From the IMG/VR virus record IMGVR_UViG_3300025803_000010: a DNA stretch of 64,000 nt. The stretch is one strand, 5' to 3'. Each line of letters begins with the position of its first letter. The stretch's first letter is position 1. Positions 38,633 through 48,576 of this stretch are shown here, one piece after another. Position numbers and translations under genes: made by a program. Under the pieces are notes generated by a model. It searched no databases, was not told where the DNA came from, and saw nothing but the letters and a program-made list of their open reading frames with translations. This DNA is from an uncultured virus (IMG/VR IMGVR_UViG_3300025803_000010). Its lineage: Duplodnaviria > Heunggongvirae > Uroviricota > Caudoviricetes.

Positions 38633-39614
38633 GTGCTTCTCCTATTAAGTCAAAAATTCTTTTATATCTTTTTTGCTGTTCATAGAAGTAAGCCGCACCT
38701 TTTTCTCGCATATCTTTTATGCTTGTAGGATTTGCTCCAGCTATTAAACCAGCACCTAATACACCGTCTGCTCTTGTTACAAACTCTCCGTCTGCTAATT
38801 GAGCTAACATCGTATCCTCGTCTTTGTCTCCTGTTCCGGATCCGTCCTCTACATAACCAGTTGCTCTAACATAATTGTTAGAATCATACTCGTCATGAGA
38901 TGTTTTTGATGGTAAATAATTAATACCACCCTCATTAAATTTTTTTATTTCAGCTAACCCACCTTCTCTTAATCTAGATTTAACCATTTGATATGGATTG
39001 CCCTCAACATTACCTTCAGGTATGTAAACTTTTTCGTAATTTTTTTCATCACCAGTTTGTGGATCTATATATTTAAAGTTAGGTCTTTTCTCTGCAAATT
39101 CTTTGTAAGCTATATTGTATGTAGGTTGATACATATCTACTGGGCCTTGTTCAAAAGCACCTGATGCATAACTTAGTCCAGATACACCTGCAAATAATTT
39201 TAATGGATCTACTTCTGATGGTGCATCTTTTTTATAAAACATTTTTTGTAAAAAACTTCTTGGATCAGTTGGGTTTCCTTCACCTCCTGCTGGCATTTGA
39301 GATAATGCTAATCCTGGATCTGCTCCGCTACTTGCAATTTGTGCTTGTTGCATTGCAGATAATCCACCAGTTTGTGCTGCTGCTGATTGTGTTGCACCAA
39401 CAAAAGGAAGTGACTGACCAAAAGCTGTTGATGTAAATGGAGTAAATCCAGATGTAGATACACCTGGTATCATTTTACCTCCATAGTAGCCCATAGCGGC
39501 ACCTGTACCAGCCGATAATAATCTTCCTATTCCTGAAGCCCCAGATTTCTTAGCATCTCTATAACCTCTGTATCCTCCGTAGGCGGCAAGTGCATAGGGT
39601 AAAAATTGTAACAT
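38607..39614 (-). CDS. Internal virion protein
   Basis: DTMLAQLADGEFVTRADGV motif; LREGG and FNEGG. Confidence 0.55.
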   Translation of the reverse strand: MLQFLPYALAAYGGYRGYRDAKKSGASGIGRLLSAGTGAAMGYYGGKMIPGVSTSGFTPFTSTAFGQSLPFVGATQSAAAQTGGLSAMQQAQIASSGADPGLALSQMPAGGEGNPTDPRSFLQKMFYKKDAPSEVDPLKLFAGVSGLSYASGAFEQGPVDMYQPTYNIAYKEFAEKRPNFKYIDPQTGDEKNYEKVYIPEGNVEGNPYQMVKSRLREGGLAEIKKFNEGGINYLPSKTSHDEYDSNNYVRATGYVEDGSGTGDKDEDTMLAQLADGEFVTRADGVLGAGLIAGANPTSIKDMREKGAAYFYEQQKRYKRIFDLIGEARGTSSKKN

Positions 39615-39661
39615 TTATAAACGTTCTCCTTAAAGATCTTTAAATGGTAAATAATACCATT

Positions 39662-40483
39662 TTACTTATTGATTATCAACTCATCAGCGAACCTTCCACT
39701 ATATTTAAATTCGCCTACGTGGGTAATTGGGTCTAGTACGTAACTATAGCATTTACCACCTATATCTTTCCATAATTTGCAGAAAGCAAAGTCCTCACCC
39801 ATATACATTTTAGTCTTTGAATCGTATAAAGTATCAAAGAAATTCCATAGGTTATCTTTATCAACTAGTTCACCATTCATAACTGTTTTTTGAACAATAG
39901 TTTTATCAGGATAAGCTTTCATTAATTTATCAAAAACACTACGTTTTATTAACATACAACCAGTAGCACCATGAGTTACTTCTATTATCCCTTCATGCAT
40001 ACTTATATCGTGTTCATTTGGAACTCTAAGTGGATATTGATAGATTGCGTTAGAAAGATCTTCTAATGTTTTAACATCTCCTGCTTGAATCTTTTCAAAT
40101 GCTTTTTTCCAATTAATATTTTTCAATGGGTATGGAGCTGATATAAGCTCTTTGTCTTTGTCTATCATAGCTTGAATGGTGCCTGGTTCAAATTCAATAT
40201 CTGAATCAATAAATAATAAATAGTCAGCACCGGAAGTTAAAAAATCTGCAACACATAAGTTTCTGCCTTGGGTTACTAATGATGATTTAACTAATTGAAA
40301 AGTTACTTTTAATTTGTTTTGAAAACAATACTTTTGAAAGTCTAGTATAGATTGTGTGAAATGAATACTAACTTGATCGTGAACAGGCGTAGCTACATAT
40401 ATATGTGGTACACTTGATTTACCTATCCAAATAGGTTTAGCCGCACCTTCTCTATTAACCTTTTGTCCTATATCTTTAATCAT
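39662..40483 (-). CDS. Glycosyltransferase (GT-A fold)
   Basis: VATP, QGRN, LFIDSD (DxD), GEDFAFC, HVG. Confidence 0.85.
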   Translation of the reverse strand: MIKDIGQKVNREGAAKPIWIGKSSVPHIYVATPVHDQVSIHFTQSILDFQKYCFQNKLKVTFQLVKSSLVTQGRNLCVADFLTSGADYLLFIDSDIEFEPGTIQAMIDKDKELISAPYPLKNINWKKAFEKIQAGDVKTLEDLSNAIYQYPLRVPNEHDISMHEGIIEVTHGATGCMLIKRSVFDKLMKAYPDKTIVQKTVMNGELVDKDNLWNFFDTLYDSKTKMYMGEDFAFCKLWKDIGGKCYSYVLDPITHVGEFKYSGRFADELIINK

Positions 40484-40931
40484 AAATTCCTAACGATAAT
40501 GTTATTCTAGGAGATAAACCAATTGCTTGATGTATGTCTCCTTGTTTAATTGTAATTAAATCTTTTTCTTCTAACATATAGTTTTCTTTATTAATGTTAT
40601 AAATAACATTTCCATACAAATTATATAGATAAACATCATAGTCGTCTCGATGTATATTAGATGTTGCACCTTGAGTAAACCCTACATATAAATCTATATC
40701 CATTGATTTAAATTTTAGTTTAAATTGATTAATAATTTTATTTATTAAAGAATTAAAAGCAGGATGTGCACCCACATTTTTTATGACTATTGTGCCTTGG
40801 AGTACAAAGTTCTCTAGCCATTTACTAGATTGTTTAGACTTAAAATGATCTTCAGATATTAAGTTAGTTAGTTGATTGAAATCTAGTTTTTCGTCACTAA
40901 ATTGTTTATAGACCTTTTGCATGGATTGCAC
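40476..40931 (-). CDS. Cupin / JmjC-like Fe(II) oxygenase
   Basis: HRDDYDV ... HQA ... RITLS. Confidence 0.7.
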   Translation of the reverse strand: MQSMQKVYKQFSDEKLDFNQLTNLISEDHFKSKQSSKWLENFVLQGTIVIKNVGAHPAFNSLINKIINQFKLKFKSMDIDLYVGFTQGATSNIHRDDYDVYLYNLYGNVIYNINKENYMLEEKDLITIKQGDIHQAIGLSPRITLSLGIYD

Positions 40932-41838
40932 CTTTTAAAAAGTTTTCCCACTCTGAACCTTTTTTCTTCCAACTATAAAACTTTTTAAAAAATTTTTGTT
41001 GTTCTGCTAGATGATCTTGTACAGGTTGTTCGTGTAGATATGTAGCAGCTGTTTCTATTGCATGTGCAGTTGCTCTTGCTAAGTTTTCTACATTGGAATC
41101 ATAATTGACATATACTGGCCATTCAGAGCAAGTTTCAAATAAAGCTCCAAAGTTTGTAGTTATAACATGTAGTCCTGCGGACATACATTCTAAAGCTGAT
41201 ATACAAAATGTTTCTTCAAATATACTTGGGTATACAAACATTTGATAGTCAGTAATTTTTTCTAATATTTGTTCATTAGGTACATAACCTATGTAATTTA
41301 CATTAGGTAAAGATTTAGCCTGATCAAATAAAGGCTGATAAGTAGCTTCATGTGCTTGACTAAACTCACTACCATATACTTTTGTGCTGCTGTAAACATC
41401 TAAAGTAATTAATGGATTCTTTACAAGTTGCATTGCTGCTAACAGTACGTTTAATCCTCTCCAAGGAGTTGAATGATGTATTATTTTAATTGGTTGGCCT
41501 TTTATATAAGGTTTTCTTTCTGGAAAATTTGTACAACCGTTTTTAATTACTATTGATTTTTCTTGTGGAATATTAAAAGCCATTCTAAATTTTTCATAAT
41601 TCCAATGTGAATTAAATACATACCAATCATAATCAGAATGTTTAAAAGGATTGTTAAAAAATTCTTGTAAGTTTGATTGGTCATATGAATTTTTTTGCCA
41701 AAGTATATTTAGTTTATTTGGATCAATAGGTACTTTACCAGGTATAGAAGTACAGATTTGTGTTTTATCTAACAGCTCTTTAGGACAATGCTTGTAAAGC
41801 ATCTCCATTTGCAACTCGGTACCACCTCTAGGATTCAT
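40906..41838 (-). CDS. Glycosyltransferase (GT-B, family 4-like)
   Basis: GGTE, STPWRGL, YPSIFEETFCISALE (Ex7E). Confidence 0.88.
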   Translation of the reverse strand: MNPRGGTELQMEMLYKHCPKELLDKTQICTSIPGKVPIDPNKLNILWQKNSYDQSNLQEFFNNPFKHSDYDWYVFNSHWNYEKFRMAFNIPQEKSIVIKNGCTNFPERKPYIKGQPIKIIHHSTPWRGLNVLLAAMQLVKNPLITLDVYSSTKVYGSEFSQAHEATYQPLFDQAKSLPNVNYIGYVPNEQILEKITDYQMFVYPSIFEETFCISALECMSAGLHVITTNFGALFETCSEWPVYVNYDSNVENLARATAHAIETAATYLHEQPVQDHLAEQQKFFKKFYSWKKKGSEWENFLKGAIHAKGL

Positions 41839-42038
41839 TATGTTTTGGTTTTACCAAACATAGAAAGTTTTGCAACTGTTATTTCTAAGTCTTGTCTGAA
41901 GTCCTCTGCGGTTGTATCTGTATTAGGGTCTGCAACATCTGCATCAAATTCAGCTTTATCTGCATATACCTTACCAGTTCTTTTATGTTTTACTATTTCT
42001 ACTGCTTTAGCAGGTATTTTTATTAGTTCATCACTCAT
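41838..42038 (-). CDS. Small conserved phage protein
   Basis: TGKVY...DVADPNTDT...F.QD motif. Confidence 0.7.
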   Translation of the reverse strand: MSDELIKIPAKAVEIVKHKRTGKVYADKAEFDADVADPNTDTTAEDFRQDLEITVAKLSMFGKTKT

Positions 42039-42682
42039 ATTTTAATCCAATGATTTTTTAATTTATCGTTAACGTGTTGAATATAAGAGCTTTGAGTTCT
42101 TATGTCAAACGCTATGGTTATTCTTACATCGTCCTTTTCTATAGTGCTTACTTTATGTGAAAGCCAACCTGGGAATAAAGTTATTTTTCCTGGTGTATTT
42201 TTACATCTATACGATGTTTTAAAATAAGGTACCTCGTAATCTGTTGTAGTATCTGCAACTTTTACACATATATGCCCACTCAAATAACCTGTATTATCCT
42301 CTGCATGATTATGTAATTTAATTTCTTCGCCTTTTCTCATTACATTAAACCAACATTGAACATAATATGATTCGTGTATATCTACTTCTAAAAACTTACA
42401 AAATGTATCGTGTGCTTTTCTTATATGATTTTTAAGAAAGCCACACTCAGGAAACTCGAGTAAGTTGTAATATATAAATCTACTTGTAACACTATTTTCA
42501 CTTAATCCTGTACCACCATTATCATGTGGTGGATGTTCTTTTATAAGTTGTTTTTCTTTGTGTAATAAAAACTCACTTAATACTTCTGTATCTAAAGGTA
42601 AATCATCTTCATATATATGATATGAATAATGTGGATTAAAAGGATTATTAATATTGTTGTTTTGAAAATTAGTAATATGCAC
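42035..42682 (-). CDS. Putative Fe(II) oxygenase (HxH type)
   Basis: WFNV...HNH...LSG...LFPGWLSH...RITIAF. Confidence 0.75.
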   Translation of the reverse strand: MHITNFQNNNINNPFNPHYSYHIYEDDLPLDTEVLSEFLLHKEKQLIKEHPPHDNGGTGLSENSVTSRFIYYNLLEFPECGFLKNHIRKAHDTFCKFLEVDIHESYYVQCWFNVMRKGEEIKLHNHAEDNTGYLSGHICVKVADTTTDYEVPYFKTSYRCKNTPGKITLFPGWLSHKVSTIEKDDVRITIAFDIRTQSSYIQHVNDKLKNHWIKI

Positions 42683-42810
42683 TAACGTCCTTGCCGATTG
42701 TATTTTTTAAAACATCTTTTCTTACTTTTGTTAAGACTTTTGGTGTGACGTCTAGGTCTCTTCCTAGGTTGTGGTCTTGGTACAAAGTTTGTAAATTTTT
42801 GTTTAGCCAT
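42682..42810 (-). CDS. Small Arg/Lys-rich protein (42 aa), missing from the ORF track
   Basis: MAKQKFTNFVPRPQPRKRPRRHTKSLNK...YNRQGR. Confidence 0.6.
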   Translation of the reverse strand: MAKQKFTNFVPRPQPRKRPRRHTKSLNKSKKRCFKKYNRQGR

Positions 42811-43138
42811 TCTCTTGAGATCTATCTATAAGAGCATAGCTAACAGATCCTGTAATTTGATTAGCAGTATCTGCTTGCACTTTTAAAACATCACTAGCTT
42901 CCATATTTAAACTTGAACTAACCATGTTTATAAAATTTTTATTTAGTTGAGCATGACTAATCTCTACATCTGACCCACCAGATTTTTGTAAAAAAGCATC
43001 AACATCCACATTTGATGCAGCCTGATGACTAGCTTGAATAGCTTTTACTATAATAGTTGCATCTGATGGACACGTTAAAACTGTCGTGATGTTTGTTGTA
43101 GTTAAATCAAATGTTTCGCTTTTGTATCTTATTGTCAT
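42803..43138 (-). CDS. Small beta-rich virion protein
   Basis: 111 aa Thr/Ser/Val-rich, in the tail region. Confidence 0.6.
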   Translation of the reverse strand: MTIRYKSETFDLTTTNITTVLTCPSDATIIVKAIQASHQAASNVDVDAFLQKSGGSDVEISHAQLNKNFINMVSSSLNMEASDVLKVQADTANQITGSVSYALIDRSQENG

Positions 43139-43299
43139 GACATAAAATAGTTAAAAGTGTTTTGTTCATTTTTAAGTTCGTGTTGATAACTTGTGTTTAA
43201 CTTATCTTTAAGTGTTTGTAAAGTTTGTGCTACTTGTCTTTGATTTTCTTCAGTATAAGTTGGTGTTGGTTCAGGAACATAAATATCTACTTTAGCCAT
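43135..43299 (-). CDS. Small conserved protein (54 aa), missing from the ORF track
   Basis: MAKVDIYVPEPTPTYTEENQRQV...; TAATG and ATGA coupling on both sides. Confidence 0.7.
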   Translation of the reverse strand: MAKVDIYVPEPTPTYTEENQRQVAQTLQTLKDKLNTSYQHELKNEQNTFNYFMS

Positions 43300-43943
43300 T
43301 AGTAACCTCCTGCTCCAGCTGCACTATCATCTGCTGCCTGAGCCGCTGCACCAGCCGCTGCTGTAGATCCTCCTGGGTGACCTCCTCCATCTCTGTTTTG
43401 TCCAATTTCATGATAAGTTTTTGCCAGAGCTTTTAAACCTTGTTTTCTAGCACCTCTTGCTGCTGCATCTCTTCTAGCCTTAGCGTCTCGCTTAGATTGT
43501 AGATAACCTGCAATCGATGTACTTCTACCTAAACCACTAAACAAACTAGCTATTCCTGCTATTGGTGCAAATGCAAATCCAAGTGCAGAAGAAGCTATTG
43601 TTCCTAATCCTGCTGCTCTACCTAAAGCACTAATACCAGTTCTTGCAAGTGAACCTTTAAATCCAGGTGCATTTCTATTAACATTAAAAAAACCTTTCTC
43701 AATAAAATTACTTTTTTCTTGTGCCATAGGATCACCATATGCAAAAGTTTGGCCACCTACATCAAAATTACTATATTCAGACATAGGGTCACCTAATGCT
43801 GTCATAGCTGGTGAGTTTTGAAAACCTAATTTCATTATACCCATAGCTGAGTTGTTAACTTGCTCTCTTTGTCTTTGGTCAAATAATTCAGCTGCACTAT
43901 TAGCTAATTGATTATTGTATTGTGCTTGTAATAAATCTTCCAT
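43299..43943 (-). CDS. Hypothetical Gly/Ala-rich protein
   Basis: 214 aa, coupled to both neighbours. Confidence 0.6.
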   Translation of the reverse strand: MEDLLQAQYNNQLANSAAELFDQRQREQVNNSAMGIMKLGFQNSPAMTALGDPMSEYSNFDVGGQTFAYGDPMAQEKSNFIEKGFFNVNRNAPGFKGSLARTGISALGRAAGLGTIASSALGFAFAPIAGIASLFSGLGRSTSIAGYLQSKRDAKARRDAAARGARKQGLKALAKTYHEIGQNRDGGGHPGGSTAAAGAAAQAADDSAAGAGGY

Positions 43944-46111
43944 TATCTCATACCATCTGGTTGTACATCTGCTCTAAATGTTCCGTATCGCCAACTCTCT
44001 CCACTAGATAAATTTTCTATCTTTACACTTGCAAATCTAGATCTTGCACGTGTGTCTACCTTATCAGTAGTGCTTGTAATTGTAAAAGGCCCAAGTGGTG
44101 ATGATGCTGAGGTAGAGGAAGGATATCTTTTAAGACCTATTGTAATACTAGCATTACCAACTATTTTTTTAAAGTCAGGTATAAACCTTCTCATACTCAT
44201 AAACATTTGACCATCTCCATTAATATCTAAATCAAAGTCACCAGATTGCAAGTAAGAAGTTATAGTTTGTGTTACATTACCATCATTGTCTGTTTGGTCA
44301 GTTCCTATTTCGTGTGCGTAATAAGTTGTTGCTCCGTTTTCCGCTGTCACTCCTTGAATAGTAGGGTACGTAGGAACACCAGTCGTATCGTAGTCTGTCG
44401 CGTATGGGTTGTCATATAATGTAGAATCAGTCCAAGAAGTTCTAGCTAGAGATCCTGTATGCCAAGTGTTCTCTGCATAGTTGTATGTAACTTGTCTGTC
44501 TACTTCATCAGAACCATTCTTAGGATAGAACCAAGTAATTTCTTCATACAAATGATTTAAACCTGCATATACTTGTTCGCCATTAGTGTAGTTAATTCCA
44601 ATATTGTCTGTAACCACATTATTTCCTGTAAATGTAAATACAAAATCTTCTACTAAACAAGGTAATGATTTAACTGTACCATCATAAACAAAGAAGCCTC
44701 CTGCTTGTCCCATCCAAAATACTTTACCATTAACATATTTAATTGCATGTTGACCTATTGCACCACAATTAGAACCTACTTGTCTAAGAGAAAAAGTAAA
44801 TGGTGGGCCAACAAACTGCATAATGTATGCAGAAGTATCTGTTAATATTAAAATATAGTCTTTTCCTTTAGCTGCACCAACTATCTTAACACCAGAATCA
44901 AGCCTTAAAGATCCTGCGGTATTTACTGAAGTAGCTGTGTAATCGTTAATATTTTCTTGATCAGAAAATCTAATAAACATTTTATCTTGTGATGCAGTTT
45001 GACCAATAGTTGTTTCTGTTCCAATCATAATTAAATGTCTATCTCTTTCAGAAACAATCGACATAACTGATTTTGTAGGTGCTCCTGATATTACAGTAGC
45101 TCTTGTTGTTAAAGCTGCAGTAGATACATTAAGAGGATCCCATTCAAATGTTTTACCATTTTTAATAGTTGCAATTAGTTTTTGTCCAAAATGATCTAAA
45201 GACCAAGATGCAGAGTCTAGTACAACTGTGGAAGATAATGAAGCATCTCCCCATGCAGTGTAGTATTCACAAGTAGCACCAGAAGAGTGTGCAGATCGAG
45301 TTCCTGCTACACCTCTCGTAATACCAGTAAGATCATTTGATGATACTCCTGTATAAGATATAAATTCTGTTCCAACTTTAAAAGTTCCAGACGTTGGCCA
45401 GCCATTTGTTGAGGCAAGCGTTATTGAAGTTCCTGACCCGCCCGTTCCTGCGGTGTCATCATTTAGAGATCCATTTAAACTTCCTAAGACTCCAGAAGCT
45501 CCACCAAAAGTAGAAGTTCCGTAACCATAACCTGCAGATTGAGTAAGTGGCCCTGGTTTTATATAAGGATTAACTACAGCTGATCCACTGTTAGATACTG
45601 TCGTTCCAGCACCCGTAGCCATAGTAATTGTAAAAGCATCTGTTGAAGGTACGGTAACTACTTGAAAAGTATTAGTGGTAAAATCTGCTGCAACATATCC
45701 TGCTCCTACGGGAGGGGTTACAGATGTAAAAGTAAATAAATCTCCAACCTCTAAACCATGTGCAGTTTTATTAACACCTACTTCTGTTAGACCGTTAGTT
45801 GTACCAAAAGTACAACCAGTAATAGCAGTGTCCAATGGTGTAATATCGTAAAAAGCACTTTCATAATAAATAAATAAAGCTTTATTAGAACCTAAAGCTG
45901 CATATCTTCTGCCATCCAAATCAGCCCATACAAGCTGTTCTCGGACTGCACCAACTAAAGTTTGACCTGTAATCTGTGCCCATCCACCTATTTTTTCTGG
46001 TAAACCATATCTAAACCTAACAAAATCTCCATCAGTCCACTGACCTTCAGCACCGACAGCAGTTGTTTGTTTATTAAATCCTGGCTGTATTTGTACATTT
46101 TTTAATGGCAT
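43943..46111 (-). CDS. Tail nozzle / stabilisation protein (P22 gp10-like)
   Basis: VRFRYGLPEKIGGW, IRFSDQE, WFYP, C-terminal WRYGTFR.D.QPDGMR; beta-rich. Confidence 0.75.
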   Translation of the reverse strand: MPLKNVQIQPGFNKQTTAVGAEGQWTDGDFVRFRYGLPEKIGGWAQITGQTLVGAVREQLVWADLDGRRYAALGSNKALFIYYESAFYDITPLDTAITGCTFGTTNGLTEVGVNKTAHGLEVGDLFTFTSVTPPVGAGYVAADFTTNTFQVVTVPSTDAFTITMATGAGTTVSNSGSAVVNPYIKPGPLTQSAGYGYGTSTFGGASGVLGSLNGSLNDDTAGTGGSGTSITLASTNGWPTSGTFKVGTEFISYTGVSSNDLTGITRGVAGTRSAHSSGATCEYYTAWGDASLSSTVVLDSASWSLDHFGQKLIATIKNGKTFEWDPLNVSTAALTTRATVISGAPTKSVMSIVSERDRHLIMIGTETTIGQTASQDKMFIRFSDQENINDYTATSVNTAGSLRLDSGVKIVGAAKGKDYILILTDTSAYIMQFVGPPFTFSLRQVGSNCGAIGQHAIKYVNGKVFWMGQAGGFFVYDGTVKSLPCLVEDFVFTFTGNNVVTDNIGINYTNGEQVYAGLNHLYEEITWFYPKNGSDEVDRQVTYNYAENTWHTGSLARTSWTDSTLYDNPYATDYDTTGVPTYPTIQGVTAENGATTYYAHEIGTDQTDNDGNVTQTITSYLQSGDFDLDINGDGQMFMSMRRFIPDFKKIVGNASITIGLKRYPSSTSASSPLGPFTITSTTDKVDTRARSRFASVKIENLSSGESWRYGTFRADVQPDGMR

Positions 46112-46135
46112 GCCATATTATATCATAAGCAGTCT

Positions 46136-46687
46136 TCAAGATCGATAGTCTTGATGTTCGTAACCTACTTGATAATCTATGTTAAACACTACAGAATATT
46201 TAGATATATCTGATCTATTTGGTTTACATTCATGCCTTAATAAAGAATCCCAAATAACTACTCTTCCCGGTTCAGGTTTAACTTTAGTTTGTAATTCTGG
46301 AAATTCTAATTCTTGTGTGCTGCTATTTAAATAAATTAATCCTGATATATTACTTTGTCCGTGTCGATGATTTCTTGTATAATCTCCATAATCATTTCTT
46401 ACTCCCCATGCATCTTGTAATATCCAAGGATGATCCCATACTCTAGAAAAAGAACCTATATAAGTTTTACATACATGTAATATATTTACAAATTGTTGAT
46501 CTTCCATAAATATATTATTAGTCATTTTACCTCTTACATTTGTTTCATAGTTTGCATTAGTTTCGTCTTTTACAAAGTGATCAATTCTTTTAATAAAATA
46601 ATCGGTATCAATTTTACCAAGATCAAATGCATATAACCAAGATTGTCTTTCTAATGGTTTTTCTATTTTTAAAACGTCCTTAAGCAT
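46136..46687 (-). CDS. Putative Fe(II) oxygenase (HxH type)
   Basis: HRH...SGLIYL...LRH...YSVVFN. Confidence 0.7.
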   Translation of the reverse strand: MLKDVLKIEKPLERQSWLYAFDLGKIDTDYFIKRIDHFVKDETNANYETNVRGKMTNNIFMEDQQFVNILHVCKTYIGSFSRVWDHPWILQDAWGVRNDYGDYTRNHRHGQSNISGLIYLNSSTQELEFPELQTKVKPEPGRVVIWDSLLRHECKPNRSDISKYSVVFNIDYQVGYEHQDYRS

Positions 46688-47204
46688 ATTCTATAAAAAA
46701 TGGTTGTATAATACGTTCTTCCTGCCACTGTCTTACACCAGGACTATGTATTATATTTGAGTTATACATTATAAATCTATTTGGTTTACTTGCAACTGTA
46801 AGTGTAGGTTCATAATCTGAAAAGTCATTATATAATGATGTGCCATCTTGAATAGATTGTGTATTTAGATAAATAACTCCTGCTAAAGATATACCTCCAC
46901 CATCAATATGTTTCGCATAGTTATCCCAAGATAAACTTTTTTTTAATTCTGACAACAATGTTTTTCTATAAAAGGTATGCATTTTAAAAGGTTTTAATTT
47001 AAACTCTTGTAATTTCTTTTCTAAATATTGATATGCAGGATTGTCTTTTTTCAAATCATTAGTTTCATAAACAGGATAAGCTTGGTATCTGTTTATATCT
47101 TTTCTGCAAGGTTGATGACTAGGATTAAAATCAAAAGTTTTGACTTGTTCTAAAACATCAGCATATAATTCATCTGGATAAAAATTATCAATCAGTGTTA
47201 TCAT
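46680..47204 (-). CDS. 2OG-Fe(II) oxygenase-like protein
   Basis: IDNFY...HID...AGVIYL...GT...NRFIMY...HS...R. Confidence 0.75.
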   Translation of the reverse strand: MITLIDNFYPDELYADVLEQVKTFDFNPSHQPCRKDINRYQAYPVYETNDLKKDNPAYQYLEKKLQEFKLKPFKMHTFYRKTLLSELKKSLSWDNYAKHIDGGGISLAGVIYLNTQSIQDGTSLYNDFSDYEPTLTVASKPNRFIMYNSNIIHSPGVRQWQEERIIQPFFIEYA

Positions 47205-47419
47205 TTAAACTTAACACGTGTAGTATCATGTGTTGCTTTATTTTTTAAATCTTCGTTAAAGTTAAGATTCCAATCAGATACAATCTTTACCAAAATATTA
47301 CCAAAATGCCGCAAACCTTCTGCATCTAAATGTAATTTCTTTTTTTGTGTTAAAATAGTAATTTCACTATCTTCAAAAAGTATATCTGCACTGCCGTCTT
47401 CATTTTGTTGTATTTGCAT
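47201..47419 (-). CDS. Hypothetical protein
   Basis: 72 aa, coupled to neighbours. Confidence 0.6.
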   Translation of the reverse strand: MQIQQNEDGSADILFEDSEITILTQKKKLHLDAEGLRHFGNILVKIVSDWNLNFNEDLKNKATHDTTRVKFK

Positions 47420-47983
47420 TTAATCCTCCTCGGTTTGGCCCCATAACAGTTTTTTATCTTTTAACCACTCTTTGTGTGGCCCATCTTTATTTACATAATG
47501 TAAAAAAGTTTGTGCATACCAATCACCTTTAAATGGTTTTCTCCAGTGAGGTATTTCGCAACCAAAATAAATTGCTGCATCTCCATGTTCTAACATCACT
47601 TCTTTACCATCCATATAGATAGGCCAAGGAGTTCCATCAGAACCAATAGATACAGTTACACTCACTTCACAAGAAGATCTATCAGTATGAGGTTTTAGAT
47701 CAGATCCAAAAGTATACATTCTAAAAAAAGAATAAGTTGGAAATAATTTATAACCAGTTTCTATTTCCATCATTTCTTTTTTTTGTAACATAATTGTTTC
47801 TGTTAAAGGGTCTTTATAAAAAATGGTTGCATAATTATTACTTTGTTCAAGATCAAATGTTTCTCTATTAAGTCTGTGTTTAATTCTAGTATAATCAGTT
47901 AATAATTTAATTTCTGTTTTATCTAAAAAACCTTTTATTACTCTATACTTAAATGGTCTTGTTACACGTTCTACCATACCCAC
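47420..47983 (-). CDS. 2OG-Fe(II) oxygenase
   Basis: LKPHTDRSSCEVS...GDA..Y.G...HWR...FLHY. Confidence 0.82.
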   Translation of the reverse strand: MGMVERVTRPFKYRVIKGFLDKTEIKLLTDYTRIKHRLNRETFDLEQSNNYATIFYKDPLTETIMLQKKEMMEIETGYKLFPTYSFFRMYTFGSDLKPHTDRSSCEVSVTVSIGSDGTPWPIYMDGKEVMLEHGDAAIYFGCEIPHWRKPFKGDWYAQTFLHYVNKDGPHKEWLKDKKLLWGQTEED

Positions 47984-48576
47984 CCCACTATACTATAACG
48001 AGTACCTTCTGTTATTGGCTTGATAGCATGTGGATATAAAAAATTACTTGGCCACATTATCATTCGTCCTGGTTTAACATCTATACAAAATTCTGAATCT
48101 TCTTCTTTCGAAGGGTTTCTAAAACAAAGTTGTCCACCTTTATAATCATTGTTAAGTAATGTAATTGTACTTAAGACTCTTGGAAACTTAATATGATAAT
48201 CAGTATGATACTTATAAAAGCCACCTGGTTTATATCTAAGTGCATTTATTTCTTCTACTTTTTGTGGATGTAAATCTAAATTAGGATGAAGTATTCTATA
48301 ATTATTAACTTGTTGTTCAATCTTCATTCGTAGTACATTAAACCAATGTACAGAAGTCAATTCTTTATCTAAGGGGTGTAATCCAAAAGCTTCTGTTTTT
48401 CTTATATCTTCTCTCAATACACCTTTTCTAGTTTTGCCTGCATCATTTATAACATCGGCTTTATCAAATCTGTCTGTTTTATTTAACCATTGCAGCAAAC
48501 AAGCTATAGCCTCAGGGTGTAATACATTATCAAAAACTTGTACAAAACTTCTTATTTCCATGTAATCTTTCTCCAA
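47971..48576 (-). CDS. 2OG-Fe(II) oxygenase (prolyl 4-hydroxylase-like)
   Basis: HTD...LNNDYKGG...PSNFLYPH...GTRYS. Confidence 0.88.
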   Translation of the reverse strand: MEKDYMEIRSFVQVFDNVLHPEAIACLLQWLNKTDRFDKADVINDAGKTRKGVLREDIRKTEAFGLHPLDKELTSVHWFNVLRMKIEQQVNNYRILHPNLDLHPQKVEEINALRYKPGGFYKYHTDYHIKFPRVLSTITLLNNDYKGGQLCFRNPSKEEDSEFCIDVKPGRMIMWPSNFLYPHAIKPITEGTRYSIVGWVW